A stretch of DNA of 64,000 nucleotides from Chiloscyllium plagiosum (GCF_004010195.1 NC_057756.1:4761164-4825163); one strand, 5' to 3'. Counted from the first letter of the stretch, positions 1 to 14,200 are shown. Program-made: numbers and translations. The notes: generated by a model from the letters alone, not told the origin.

Positions 1-363
1 CCTGCTGATCTTCCAGCTGAAGGAGTTGACCCTGACTGAGTGCTGCAGACTGGCACATTCCAAGGTCCAGGACTACGTGTTGAGGGATGAGCTGAAGCTT
101 GGGGCAGCTGCCGCCAAGATGTGGTGGGGAAAGACCACCGTGTAATGTCTGCCTGCCTAAAGAAGAACAGGAGGCCCACGCAGTCATTTGAGCTCTGCTG
201 ATGCCTCAGCTAAAAATGTAATCGTCCAGACCTGTAAATAGGAATGATTACTCTGTTTCGGTATGCAAAGAAATGGAATGTTTACATATGTATGGCATGT
301 CCAACTGTACAGACCATCAAAGTATTTTATGAATAAAGTATATTTTTGTCATTTAAAAAAAAG
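1..363 (+). mobile_element. 3' end of a Tx1/L1-like non-LTR retrotransposon
   Basis: Frame 2..145 encodes ...LAHSKVQDYVLRDELKLG...WGKTTV*, then AATAAA and an A-tail. Confidence 0.7.
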
Positions 364-479
364 TCTTTCCTGCTTGGCTCCTCTGCCAGTCAATTCAGCT
401 TCTCCCTCATGCTTCTGCAGTTGCCTTTATTCAGCTGCAATACTGCGACTTCTGATTGTATTTTCTCCTTCATAAATTG

Positions 480-960
480 TAAAGTAAATTCAATCACATT
501 GTGATCACAGCCTCCTCAAGATTCCTTCACCTTAAGCTCCCTTATCAAGTCTGCCACATCGCACAACATTAAATCCAGTATTGTCTGTTCCATAGTGAGC
601 CCCAACACAAACTGCTCTGAAAAGCTATCTAGTAGACATTTTAGAAATTCATTTTCTTGCAATCCACTACCAACCTGATTTTCCCAGTCCACCTGCATAT
701 TGAAATCCCCCATGATCACTGTATTTTGACTTATTCGACACTGCTTTTCTATCTCCTGGTGTATCTTGTGCCCCAGTTCCTGCCTACTATTTGGAGACAT
801 GTACAGAACTCCAATTATGTTTTCTTTTTACTTTTGCATTTCCTCAATTGTACCCACACAGATCCTACACCATTTGACACTTTGTTGAATACTGTTGATT
901 CAATTTCATTTCTTACTAATGAAGCAACCTCACCCCCTCAGCCCACCTACTTATCTTTTT
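480..960 (-). mobile_element. CR1 LINE endonuclease fragment
   Basis: VIMGDFN...ILDL motifs. Confidence 0.75.
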
Positions 961-1675
961 GACCAATAAGAACCAACTGGAAAAGCATGATCAGTAACCT
1001 TGCCAACTAACCATCTCCATTATAATCAGAATCTGCAACTGGAATAATATTTTTAAAAGTATGGAAACTTCTACTCGAATCTAAACCACTTGAATTTCAG
1101 CAACATTAAATTTGCATAGTTTGGAAACATTTATAATCCTTGAAAATGTTTAACAATCCTAGATGAATGTCATTACTCCTCAGGAGAAGTAAGAGCAAAA
1201 AGCAGATAACTAAAATTAATCAAGAGATGTTTAAGTCAAGCTACATCAAGTTCACAAGGTACCTCAGCTCAGTTGCATTGATAAAAATGCAGAAACATTC
1301 CATAAAATAAGAATCCTGGTTAGAATCTACAGATGAAAACACTAAGCATTAAAATAATTGGATAATGGAGCAGAACACATACAAATATCAGATTGTGGAA
1401 AACCAAAAAGGGAGAGGTAATGAACAAAATGTTTCTGGGATACTGACTGGAATCAATCTTACTCAGTTCATGTCCAAGTCAACAGTTCTCTACATACAAT
1501 GACTCTTTGACATGTTGAGATGTTCCTTGACCTTTAATTCTAAGGCCAGTTGAGGAACATTTCTGTCATCTGAGCCAATACTTAGTTTTCACATTGCGGC
1601 TGAGATATGAGCTGGGTGCAGTGACGAAACCCAGAACTCACACTGAACCCAATTAGCACGAGCTGTCCTTCCTAC

Positions 1676-3095
1676 TTCCTACTTTGATTGTTTATTCAGT
1701 TTCTCATCTGTTAGAATGACCATGTTAGTTTCATTTCTTTCATCTGTTAATCACAAAACCTTTTTTTTTAAAGTTACATTCCCAGGTTAACTGTAACAAT
1801 TGGTGTCAGCCTAGATAATGTATTAAAGGTGTTAGTCCCCAATGAGTTGTTGTCTGTGCCATAATGTTTAGACTGATTCTAATCTAAAAAATAAATTATC
1901 AGAATCTTACATGGATTCATGCAGTTTTTGAGCAAAGCACAATGTAGCTCTGCAAGTACCAATTCATCCCTAAAACGTATATACGTATGCGTGCATGTGG
2001 GTTTGTGTGTGTTGGGGGGGGTGATTGTGAGTGTCTGTGAGAGTGTATATGTGTGTGTGAGTTTAAAGTGGTCTAAGTCTGTGAGAGGGTGTATGTGTGA
2101 GTATGGGAATGTGTGTGTCTGTAGGAGTGTGTGTGAATGTCTGTGTTTGTATAGGAGTGTGTGTGTGTGTCTGTGTGTGTATAGTGCAATGGTGGTCACC
2201 TGTAGTGTGACATGAACCCAAGGTCCTGGTTGAGGCTCTCTCTATGTGTACCGATCTTAGCTATAAGCCTCTGCTTGTCCACTTTTCACTGCTGCCTGTT
2301 CTGAAGTCTGCCTTAGAGGCTACGGCAATGGATGAATGGGCACTGCGCAACAATCAATAGATAGAAGTATTCCTTCTTTTTGGGGAACATTTCAGCAGTC
2401 TAGGACATTCGACCTCGGACCTTCGTGTAACCATCCTCCAAAGCAGACTTCAGGACAGGCAGCAGCAAAAAGTGGCCAAGCAGAGGTTTATAGCTAAGTT
2501 CAGTACACATAGGGAGAGTCTCAACCAGGACCTTGGGTTCATGTCACACTACAGATGACCACTATTGCACTATACACACACACATAGACACTCCTACACA
2601 CACACAAACACACATGCACACATACACATATACATTTGCAGAGTGAATTTGTACTTGCTTTACTCAAAATCCATGTAAGATTCTGTTCATTCATTTTTTT
2701 AGATTAGAATCATTATGGCACAGACAGCAGCACACAGGGGACTAATACCTTCAACACATTATCTGGGCTGACACCAATTGTTAAAGTTAACCTGAGAATG
2801 TAACTTTTAAAAAATGTTTTATGATTTACATATGAAGGAAGTGAAACTAACATGGTCATTCTAACAGATGAGAGACTTAACAAACAATCAAAGTATTTTT
2901 CAATGTATAATTTCAGTTACATCACACAAAAACATTTGCTATAAATTGTGTCTTACAATTGTGTACTCTACAACCACCTGATAAAGGAGCAGCGCTCTGA
3001 AAGCTAATGATTCCAATTAAACCTGTTGGACTATAACCTGGCGTTGGGTGATTTTTAACTTTGTACACCCAGTCCAACACCGGCATCTCCAAATC
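1676..3095. mobile_element. Penelope-like element 3' ends in inverted arrangement
   Basis: About 1680-2290 is the reverse complement of about 2450-2895; matches the GIY-YIG end at 41110-41340; pLTR terminus at 2975-3095. Confidence 0.8.
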
Positions 3096-4844
3096 TTGCC
3101 TAACACCAGCCATGTAAGATGTTCTATGTTCTATGTTCTATGTAACCTGTATGCCTCTATCCATGTTTTTTAATCCTATGATTTATACGTCCTTGCTCCC
3201 TGTGATCTGCCTCTACTGCTTGTAAACTAAGCTTTTCACTGTATTTAGGTATATGTGACATTAAATCAAATAAATCTAATTAAATAAGTCAAAAACTGGG
3301 ATATATTTTAGCCCATTCCCTTTGCTGTCTTCACTTTCTTAAGTTGCTTCTTATCATCATGTGAATGCAGTTGGGTGAAGACTAGAATTTGCCATGTTGA
3401 GAATATCTCAAAGAAGTCACGATAAATCATCTGCTCAGCACGTCTGGCTCACTGACGTTTTCACATCTCTCTTCATTCAGGATATTTGTTTCCTATCCTC
3501 TTACAGTGAGTTGTTTAATTGTCTACCATCAATCTCAACCGAATACTGCAGTGCTATAGACCATAGATTTGATCTGTTCATTCGGCAAATTACAGATTTT
3601 GTTGAAGCAGTATCCTGTTGTTTTTAATGGTGCACAGTATCTTGTGGATGCTGGGCCTTGAATTGCTAAATTGGTTCAAGGTCTATACCATTTAGTATAG
3701 CACTTGTTCTACCCATAGAGCCATAAGGCATACAGCATGGAAACAGACCCTTCAGTCCAACTCTTCATGCCGAACAGGTCTTCCAAAGCCAACTAGTGTT
3801 AGTTGCCAGCATGTGGCCCATATCCCTCCAAACATTTCCTCGTCATGTACCTGTCCAAAAACTTTTAAATGCTGCAACTGTACCTGCCATTTCTTCTGAA
3901 ACATTCCTCCTCTGACCTTAAAGTTGTGCCCTTCAGATTGGAACTCCATTACCCTATGAAAAAGACCTTTGCTGTTTACCATATGATTTTATAAACCTCA
4001 ATATCTTCATCCCTCAACCACCTACGCTTCAGTAAAAAAAAGTCCTAAACTAATGAGACTCAGCACAATGTTGAGTAACGTCACATTGAATATATGACTT
4101 CACCTCCACGACCATAGTAGAAGGACACTCCTACTGATAGTGTAATGGACAGATGCATCCGAGAGATACAGGTTAGTGAGAATGATGTCAAGGGTTTTCT
4201 TTTCTCTTGTACTCAGTCCTTTACGCATGCCCAGTCTGCACTGGATTACTGCCGAGCCACTCTTGCAGTTGAATATTGTAGTCCTCCCCTCCCCCACCAC
4301 CCACCACCTCCCCCCCAGACTCCCAGAGTACATTTTGCATCCTTGCCAAGTGTTTTCTCCAAGTGATGTCCAACAAGGAGGAAAACAGAATAATTACCCA
4401 ATGGGCTGGACTCCGTGATAATTGGCGAAGGTTTCCTTCACCATATTTGACAGCATGCCATGAAATCTCATAAGAGTTCACAATCAATGTTGACTATTCC
4501 TGTGACAACTCCTTCTGGAATGTATGCCTTTGTGACCAATGATTACTGCCCTGTAGTTGACCCAGGAAGTATATGCGAAGGAGAAACGATTGCCAGGTTT
4601 ATTTTCTGTAATTAAAGATTCCGTGACTGAGGGAGGCCTGTTAACTATTAAAAAAAGACTCAATGTGGCTGTGGTTCATTACTTTGCAACTTGTTATTGC
4701 GCATTAATCAATGAAAAATAAATCACAAATGCAGTCAGAGAGTAGGTTCAATGGTTCTTATTGTTCAGTTGTGTATTTCATTTTACAGTGAGAATACTGA
4801 TACCGGGGCAGCACAGGTAAAAATTGCAAGTTGATTCTGCACAT

Positions 4845-5332
4845 AGATAGTGTGGATGAGCAGAGGGATCTTGGTGTCCATGTACACAGATCTCTGAAAG
4901 TTGCCACCCAGGTAAATAGTGCGGTGAGGAAGGCATATGGCGACTGGCTTTTATTGGTAGAGGAATTGAGTTCCGGAGTCCTGAGGTCATGATGCAGTTG
5001 TATAAAACTCTGGTACGGCCGCATCTGGAATATTGTGTGCAGTTTTGGTCGCCATACTATAGGAAGGATGTGGAGGCACTGGAACGGGTGCAGAGGAGGT
5101 TTACCAGGATGTTGCCTGGTATGGAAGGAAAATCGTATGAGGAAAGACTGAGGCACTTGGGGCTTGCCAGCAGCAGTGGTGGACTCTCCCTCTTTATGGG
5201 CATTTAAGCGGGCATTGGATAGGTATATGGAGGATAGTGGGTTAGTATAGGTTAGGTGGGCTTGGATCGGCGCAACATCGAGGGCCAAAGGGCCTGTACT
5301 GCGCTGTATTCTTCTATGTTCTATGTTCTATA
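4845..5332 (+). mobile_element. CR1/HER1 LINE 3' fragment
   Basis: LYKTLVRPHLEYCVQFWSP; (TTCTATG)n tail. Confidence 0.9.
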
Positions 5333-5834
5333 GATCTATTCAGCCTCGAATTCCTGTGCTCACCTTTGACCATGTTATCTAATTCGGCACAATCCATGGC
5401 TCTTCCCTATAACCCTGCATTTGTTTCATCTGAACGTGTTTAGATGAAAGTTCTTCTTCATTCTGCTCTTTCAGAAAGCATGCTCTCCCTTACCACAACT
5501 TGCCATGATAATATATTTGCCATTGTCTCTTGCTTTTGATTCATTTATCGATTGAATTGACGTTGTTCCCTCTGGTCACCTCACATGCCACCACTGGAAA
5601 CAGTTTCTCTCATTCACACAATGGATACCTGTCAGAATTGAGGTCAAATGCCTTGTCTCGAGTCCTTTGATTGTTGCTGCTTGAAAGAAAACAATTCCAG
5701 CTTCTTCAGTCTCTGTATGAACTTGTCTCCTTTTCATTGCCTTTTCCCTGCCACTTTAGGTAGAGGGCTGAGATTTATGTAGTCATGTTGACATTTAGTG
5801 CTGCTTGAGTCGCATGGTTAGCCCTGTACCAGAG

Positions 5835-6965
5835 GAAATAAACAGGAGCCTGGAAGAACACAGCAGGCCAGGCAGCATCAGGAAGTGGAAAATTCAATGT
5901 TTCGGGAAAAACCCTGCTTCAGACTAGATGTTAGGGCTGGGGGAGCTGTAGATAAAGTTGGGGGTGGGTGGGCAATTTAGCAGAATGGCAAGAAAGTGAT
6001 CGCTGATCAAAGATCATGGGTACAATCTGGTTGGTCGATGGGAGGGATGAATCACTTTGGTAGCCAGAAGGAATGGTTGGCTGGCAGAATGGAAGGGAGG
6101 AGGTGGGGCTGGAAAGGGAGCTGCAGGATGGGTGGTAAGGTTAATCGGGGGCTGTAGACTGTCTAACTGGAAGATAAGGAGTTGTTTCTCCAATTTGTGG
6201 TCTGATTCACTGTGGCAATGGAGGAGGCTGAGGATGCTAATGTCGAAGGGGGAGTGGGAAGGAGAATTAAAATGGATGGTGACCAAGAGGTCAAGCTGGT
6301 CATTTCAGCCCAGGAGAAGATGCTCAGTGAAACAGCCACCTAGTCTACATTTGGTCTCACCAATGCAGAGAAGACCACATTGCGAACACCGGATGCATTA
6401 GACTACGATTGAGGAGATACAGATGAACGTCTGTATCACGTGGAAGGACTGTTTGTAGCCCTAGATAGGAGTGAGGGAGGTATTATTAGGACAGATGTTT
6501 CATCATTTTCGCTTGCATGGAAAGGCACTGGGGGGGGGGGGGTGGTTTGGAGGGATTGGTGGGGAGTGTGGCACAAAGGAGTGGCAGAGGGAACGGTCCT
6601 TGTGGAAGGCAGAGAGGGATGGGGAGGAGAAGATGTTCTTGGGAATCTAATTGGACTTGGCAGAAGAGTTTGAGGATGATATGTTGGGTGCCAAGGCTGG
6701 TAGGGTGGTAAAGTGTGGACACTATCTGTTTGGAGAGGTGGTGTTTAGAGCAGTAGAACAGGGAATGGAGGAGGGACTGTGGAGGGTTGTCTGGATGAAA
6801 AGGGGGTTAAAAACGATTGGTTGAAACCGGAGGACATCTGGAATGCTTGGGAGTGGAACATCTCATCAGAGCAAATGCAACGGAGAGGGAGGAATTGGGA
6901 AAATGGGATGGTGTTTTTGCAGGATACAGGACAAAAGTAGGTGTAGTTCATGTAGCTATGGGAGT
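5835..6965 (-). mobile_element. Penelope-like element fragment (second family)
   Basis: IPFSQFL.LR.ICSD; HFNSPSHS...LHC..E...KLE.Q.LIF.L..LQP. Confidence 0.8.
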
Positions 6966-7427
6966 TTGCTAAAGGAGGACTCTCAATGCTTTTTACCTGT
7001 AATCATTCTTTGATATGTGGTAGGAATCAATGTCAGACGCCAATTGTTCTTCCCGAGTAAATGCCTTCCTTTTCAAGTATATAATCAATTCCTTCCTGAG
7101 GATTACAATTGTTATTGCTTAGTGATCGATAATCCTCCCAACTTGCTGACTTGAATGTCATTAATCTACCTTTCAACCTCGGTACGGTACACTCCTCTGT
7201 CAGATGCAGAATTGCTTATGTCTGTCCAGAATGGCATGATAGTTTATTACTGAGGCCCTTGAGGAAGGAATTGGTTGTCCAAGGGTACTCTTAAAACAAT
7301 AAAAAAAGCACTTTCACAGCCACAGAGGAGGCTTCCTGACAATTCTGCAGGGCTGCAGAATCTTCCAAAGGCAAAATTGGATGGCTTTAGGGGACTTTGA
7401 TGTCAATGCGGCTTACATCCATTTGGG

Positions 7428-7637
7428 AGAAAGTGTGGACTGCAGATGCTGGAGATCAGAGCTGAAAATGTGTTGCTGGAAAAGCGCTGCAGGTCAGGCA
7501 GCATACAAGGAGCAGGAGATTCGACGTTTCAGGCATGAGCATAGTGATCCTGAAGAAGGGCTCATGCCCGAAACGTCGATTCTCGTATTCCTTGGATGCT
7601 GCCTGACCTGCTGCGCTTTTCCAGCAACACATTTTCA
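7428..7637. mobile_element. Palindromic Penelope terminal mini-insert with TSD
   Basis: Inverted arms; 17-nt direct repeat gcttacatccatttggg at 7411-7427 and 7638-7654. Confidence 0.85.
7546..7581 (+). ncRNA. Minimal type I hammerhead ribozyme motif (Penelope pLTR)
   Basis: GATC-CTGAAGA-A-GGGC(TCAT)GCCC-GAAA-CG-TC-GATT. Confidence 0.65.
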
Positions 7638-8046
7638 GCTTACATCCATTTGGGGTAATAATCCAGTTGATTATGTCAAGCCAGGGCTACAGCCAATGTG
7701 ACAGCATGTCAAGGGGTCAGCCAAAGAGGTCAAAATAGGATCTTTTATAACATGGGTGCCAATAAGTTCTGATTATGAAGGAGTCCTGGGTGATAGGTGG
7801 GGCTGTCATAAAAGGCTCATGGCAAGTCAACTAAGGGGTATGTGAAAATTGGGGGGGGTCACATCGGAGTCAGCATTGGGTCAGGTCAGTTTCACTTTGG
7901 AGTTAAGATTAGGTTCAGGGCAGATTTCAAGTGTGGTTATATCAGTATCAGAGTTAGCTCATGCCAAAAATCAGAGTAAGGTCATGTCGAGGTCAGTGGT
8001 ATTTCTTTAACTTGGAAAGACGTTTGTTTGCTGTGAGAGTGGAATG

Positions 8047-8052
8047 TTTATT
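8047..8052 (-). terminator. Poly(A) signal AATAAA of the B12-binder gene
   Basis: tttatt on the + strand, ~120 nt past the stop codon. Confidence 0.7.
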
Positions 8053-8170
8053 GATTAATACGCAAAGGAACCATTTTTGAAACTCTGTGCACATACCTTG
8101 CTAACATACACTAGTTCTTAGTCTCAGACTATTTTCCAAGACCTGAATTTTTTTTCTCTACTATCATGAA

Positions 8171-8232
8171 TCAATATTTGGACAGTTTTGCAATGACATG
8201 TTCCCCATTGGAAGGTTTGTACTCTGCGACAC
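8171..8232 (-). CDS. B12-binder exon 9, terminal (GVAEYKPSNGEHVIAKLSKY*); not in the ORF track
   Basis: ctgttctttttcttag acceptor, 62 nt to TGA; resembles the intrinsic factor/haptocorrin C-terminus. Confidence 0.93.
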
Positions 8233-11200
8233 CTAAGAAAAAGAACAGAGTTAAATCTGAGTTTTTTAGGACTTATAATCAGCAAAGCAGACAATGATTG
8301 TCCATGATATTCTTCCAGGGAGCAGAATAGCAAGCAACACATATCCATGCACAACAATAACATGTGATGATGTCCATTAAGAAGGTTAGGTTTCTCAGAA
8401 GGGCCGTAAAGACAGATGTCCCATTTTGTCTGCATTTATCTACTCGAGGAAGCTTTTAAGCTAAGAAAAAAAGCTTCTGCAATGAAAGTTCGGCTTTCCC
8501 TAGTTTGGGTTTGGTTTTGGCAAACAGTCAGTTGAAGCTGGGGAATCGAAAGAAACTGCTACAGTGGAAGGAAGTTCCATTCTAAATCTCACTGCCATCT
8601 CTCTTCCCCTTAAGAACCTGTATCTGACTTTACCTTTTCTTTGCTAAGGGGATGTTTATGGGGAATGTTGCATGTATTTAGAAGAGCACCGTGAAGTTGT
8701 GATAGAATCTATTTGGTTTCTAAGCAGTTAAATTACTCTATATTCTGTTCTCTTTTGTCTGTGTTTCATTCGATAATCTAGCAAATAAATTCTATTTTGT
8801 TTAAAACTAAGTGTTTGCGCCAGCTTCATTATTCCTTGGATATCCACTCTACACCTGCTTAAAACAATGAGGAAAGTGAGAGTCTGGGCTACCTTCCTGA
8901 AATGTTTTCAGAAGGTCTGACCGAGTCCATAACCAACATTCAGAAAACAGAGCATTGCAGGCTCAATGTTAAAGGGGCAAAGCATCCTGGAACAATAAGT
9001 ATTGAAAAAGTGCTGCTCTTTTGGAATGCTCATACTGAAGGAACACTGCAAGTTCGAATGGACTGTATTGAAGGTGTGCCATAGCCTCAAACATTCAGTC
9101 GTGTGTCAGCACTGAAATATGAGATGGGCAGGATTGAAGGAATCATGCAATTTCTAAGTGGCAAAGTTTGCAGATCAATGCACTGTGCGTTGATTGGCAG
9201 GAGCACTGCAAGGTCAGAAGAGTAGTCATAAGGAATAGATGGACTTTCAACATGTGGGTATTGAAGAAGCATTAGGATTTTCAATACTCACTATGGAATA
9301 CTGTCAGATGAACTGCATTGTCAGATGATCAAGACCAGTGAAGTGTTCTATAGTCAGATGCTCAAAGCCACGAGATTTCTGTACTATTGTCTTGACAGTA
9401 CCTAAGGTGGACTGCTGTGTAGGAGTATACCAGTGGTCGGTGTCTGTCAAGTTATATTCAGAGTGTTCTGACCTCTATGCACACCTCCATCACTATTAGC
9501 AAAATTAATCATATCTTTCTTTATCACATTCCTCTGCATGGAATCTGATGCGTACTGAATTGATGACAATGATTTTGATGTTATTGCACCTCAATATTGG
9601 GCATTCACAGTTGATGATAGGTAGTGTAAACATGAGACAAACATAATTTCTTTCTTACCAACAGGAATTGGCACAGTCCCATTCAGAAACTGCCAAAAGG
9701 TCCTTTCATCACTGCTGGCCGGAATACCACCAATGCTGGTGATGAAGGGGCCCAAGGAAGTCTGGATATCCTTGAATCTAAATGAGGGGTACAACAACAT
9801 GTGGGAATAATGTGTTGATATTCAAACACAGAGGTGGTCACACATCATATAATTGACAAGTTTCAAGGTCAGATAGATTCCTGAACACTTAATCTCTGAA
9901 AGATGAGTTGTCTATTGTGTCAGTGAAGCATAGCTCCTGCACGGTTCCATACTCAGAGACTGGAAGTAGACACAATATCAAGATCTTCCTCTGTTTATTT
10001 CTATCTCATTCCATCATTACCTAGATCATATGTATCTTCTTTCAGCTTATAGATCTCTTTCCTTTCTCTTTCTATTTCTCTTATTTTTTTATTTAAATTG
10101 GAAACTGCGTCTACTTGTATCTCTCTCCTCCTGTGGTTTTCCTACCCTGTCCATGCCACTGTTTATCTTTTATCTATCACGTTTCAGCATTCTCGTTTGA
10201 AGTTTCTCCCTGATAGTCTTTCTCACTATTTCCCTTTCCATCTTTCTTCCTTTCTTTCTGCCTTGTTTCCTATCCGCCTCTCATTCTCTCTTTTGGTGTG
10301 TGTATGCGTGCCTGGGTCTCTCTCTGTCATTCTCTCACACACTTTCTCACTGTGAACATGAAACTAAAATCTCCCTTGGCTCTTTCTTCTACCCCTTCCA
10401 GTCTGAGTTGCCGAACGGAAGTATCGTTCATTGAGTGATGTTTTCTATTTTAGAGTAAGTGAGCTTCCATACCCTGGAAAAGAGCTTCTTTTGATTGAAA
10501 ATGAATTCCATCTGCGTGGAATGAAAATGTACATCCGTTCAGTGAATTTCAAAGTCCATGGAGTTTAACAATGTTCCAATTATTATGTCTCTGTTCGTTG
10601 AGTGTAACTGAGTTTACATCACGTGAAAGATTTGATTGCGTGAGAGAGTTTCAATAGGGTGTCGGTGATGTTATATTGGGCATGAATCACTTTTCTCAAG
10701 AATCGTTGCATTTTACTCAAGTACAAATGGGCTCCTTTTGATCATCAGCTTTTTTTTTTGACTGTGAATGAGTTTCTACCAAATACGTGTCTTAGCATTG
10801 AACATGAGCTAGTTTCCACTCATCGTGATTTTGGTTTCACTGCTTTGCGAGCAAATTTCCATTGCTTGTGTGAGCTATTAATTAGTGTACGTTTACTTCC
10901 AATGTGAATGAGTTTCTGTTAGGATACGAGTGAAATTGCATTGTGTCGATGTGAACTTTCACAGAGAGTGGATTAGTTCATATTGAATGGGGGTGAATTT
11001 CACTTCAACTTCCCCTCCCACTCCGCCAAGGATGTGCATGTCCTGGGTCTCCTCCACCGCCAAATCCTAGCCTGCCGCCGCCTGGAGGAGGAAAGCCTCA
11101 TCTTCCAATTGGGGACACTCCAACCACACGGTATTAAGATTGATTTCACTAGTTTCCTCATCGCCCCTCCCCCCACTTCATCCCAGATCAGACACCCTCC

Positions 11201-14200
11201 TCGGCACCGCCCTCTTGAACTGTCCGCATTCCTGATAAAGGGCTTATGCCTGAAACATCGACTGTCCTATTCTGAGGATGCTCTCTGACCTTCTGTGCTT
11301 GTCCAGCGCCACACATTTCCACTCTGATCTCCAGCCCTCGCGTTCTTCTGTGGGTATGTTCCTATCAAGTATCACTGACTTCTCATTGAGTGTGAACTCC
11401 CATTGAATGTCGCTGAAAATGTGTTGCTGGAAAAGCAACAGGAAGGGCTTATGCCCGAAACGTCGATTCTCCTGTTCCTTGGATGCTGCCTGACCTGCTA
11501 CGCTTTTCCAGCAACACATTTTCAGCTCTGATCTCCAGCATCTGCGGTCCTCACTTTCTCCTGGAAGATTTTTTTCCCACTGAATGTCAGCAAGTTTCTA
11601 ACAAGTATAAGAGAGATGTCACTGAATATGAAGCAGTTCCCATTGAGTGTGATCAAATTTCCACTGAACATGAATTAATGTTCATTGAATGAATCTCCAT
11701 GCAGAGAAAAATGGGTTTCCGTTGATGCGTTGAGTCTCCATTCAATGTGAATGAATCTCCTTACAGTATGGGTAGGTTTCCATTGAGTGCAAATTCTCAT
11801 TGAATTAGAGTGCGTGTACATTCAGTGAAAGCAATTTTAAACAGCTAAACAAGTGAGATTTTGTTGCAAGCATCAGTTTCACTGAGTGTAAATAAGTTGC
11901 CATTGCGCGCAAGTGACTTTCCAACAAGTGTGACAGATATTCTATTAAGGCTGAGTGGGATTCTGTGGAGTTCTAAGAGTGTTTCCGTAGAGGGAAACTG
12001 AGTTTTCACTGTGTGTGAGTGAAGTTCCAATTTGTGCTCGATGGAATATTACACCAGCGAGTGTGGGCAAGTTTTCACTGAGTCGCAAAACTTTCCATTG
12101 AGAATTCAGTAGGTTTGATTTTCAGTGCATGCTTAGTTAGTAGGCATGACGAAGTTTTCATGAGGTGTAGATGAGTTTCCTTTTAAGAAATGTAATTTTT
12201 TGTGCACAATGCCGATTCTCATGAGAGGGAGTAAGATTTCCATTGGGAAATGCAAGGAACTTTTGTTTGTGTTAGGTTGTATATTTTTCTCTTGCCAAGT
12301 GATACTTCACATTCTGAGGTCAATAATGATGTCGTATTCATGAATTATATTTCCACATTTCAAATTCAGCAATCGAACCATTTCATATAATTCAATCCTG
12401 CATATCGTCTCGAAGCTACCATCCCTCCTATAGACACCCCAAACCCCAATTCCACACCAAAATTATTTCAGCAGACATTTCAGACATTCACACTCCCTTG
12501 TGGAGCTGTCCACTTGATACCCACTAAAATCCGATGCCAACCTATAACTTTGCCTCTTCCTCCAATGCATTTTACAATCAATGCATTTTACAATCAATTC
12601 AGCACTGATCCTCATCTCTCACCCACTCCATTCCCCCCTCCTCAACCCATCTATCTTCACAACTGTCAACCCCATCACCACTTTGTTTCCCCTCACAATC
12701 TCCCATCCCAATGTTCCATCTCAATGTCCCATATTTATCTCAACATCATAATTTAGAATAAAGTCCCTTCGCACAATCTTCCACTATGCATTGGTGTGTT
12801 AGTACAGGTAGCTATAACTACACAACAATGCTTGACATGACTCACCGAAAGTATTCTGGATCCCTTGCCTGTGCAATTTCCATAATATCGATAAGGACTG
12901 TACCTGCATGGACAGTTAGATGAGTGGAATGATTACGTGAACCATCATTTACAGTGTAGTCCACAGTAATCATTCTGTTATAGCTCATCTCTGCCTTTGA
13001 CTGTGTTCCTAAATAAAAGAGAAATAGATATGTTAGAACCCTTGTTGACATTTCATTATGAGTATTTTAAAAAAAAATTTAATGTCAATTAAAGGTGTGA
13101 CAAGTGAGCTTGGAGGTGAAGGTGACCTTTAGACTATGAGCATCAGGTCATTTTACAAAGAAAATACAGCATTTTGTTTACGAGGGTTGGCCTAAATATT
13201 GTATGTTACTTCTTGTTAAAGATTGCTCTACAGAACTTCGACTCCAGAGTGGCCTTATGCTGAAACAGATGAAGATTTTGAATTCTAATTGGGATCTCCC
13301 TGGGAGGCAGTCAGTCTGACGTGGGATGGGCAACGTTTGAACTTTATTTGGGACTATGTTCAAGTCAAAAAGGATTGTGCCTCCGAAAGCTACAGGAATA
13401 TGATTTTATTGAGCCCTGGTTGTGTTCTCATTACTAAATTAATAAAAGTTCAGAGAATAGAATTTCCATTTTAAGAATGAAATGACTATTCTGCCGATCC
13501 TTTTGGAAACTATCTGCATGCATTTGGTGCCATCAAAAACCAAGCAAGATGCAGTCTCGTGTGCCTGTGAAAGCAACTTCAGTGAGCTAGTCGATTACGT
13601 TTCATGTGTTGGGTAAGGCTGACGATATGGGATCGATAAGAGACTTTATGGTGGACTGGAACAAGTTAATTGCAGCCGGACATAAGACGTTGTAGAAAGT
13701 GGTGCTATAAAGTAAATAAGTTACCGCACCCATGTTCCAGGTGTAGTTAGGAAAAATGAACAGAATGCCATTCCAGCTGCAGTGAAGACCAATCAGTAGG
13801 CTAAGTTATGATTGAGACCGTAAAGGGGAGAAGGGTCTGCAGAAACCAAGCAAATCTAGCTTGGTTATATTTGGGAAAACTATTTGGAATTGAACAAGTT
13901 TCACAAGCAAAACTAAATAAAGAAGTTGGAATGCCAACTTGACAAGTCTGAATTGAATGACAAGAAGCCCAGGGAACCCTCCATTTTAGCAGTAATTTTG
14001 AGACTAACTGCAAAGAAATACCCTGTGTCAGGAGGCATTAATAATGTTGTCGCACAGAAATGGGCAATGCTAGAATCAAAGAAGATTGCACTAAAATCAT
14101 AGACATTTATTAGATTATATTATAGTTTAACTTTGTTCTGTTATTAATAAATTGATAAATCTTTTGTTTAGCTGTAAACCTGTTCTCTGTTATATCTATT

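Noticed and set aside
4789..4816. 28-nt plus-strand micro-exon (tttcattttacag ... CAG|GTAAAA)
   Set aside because: No partner exons or recognisable peptide
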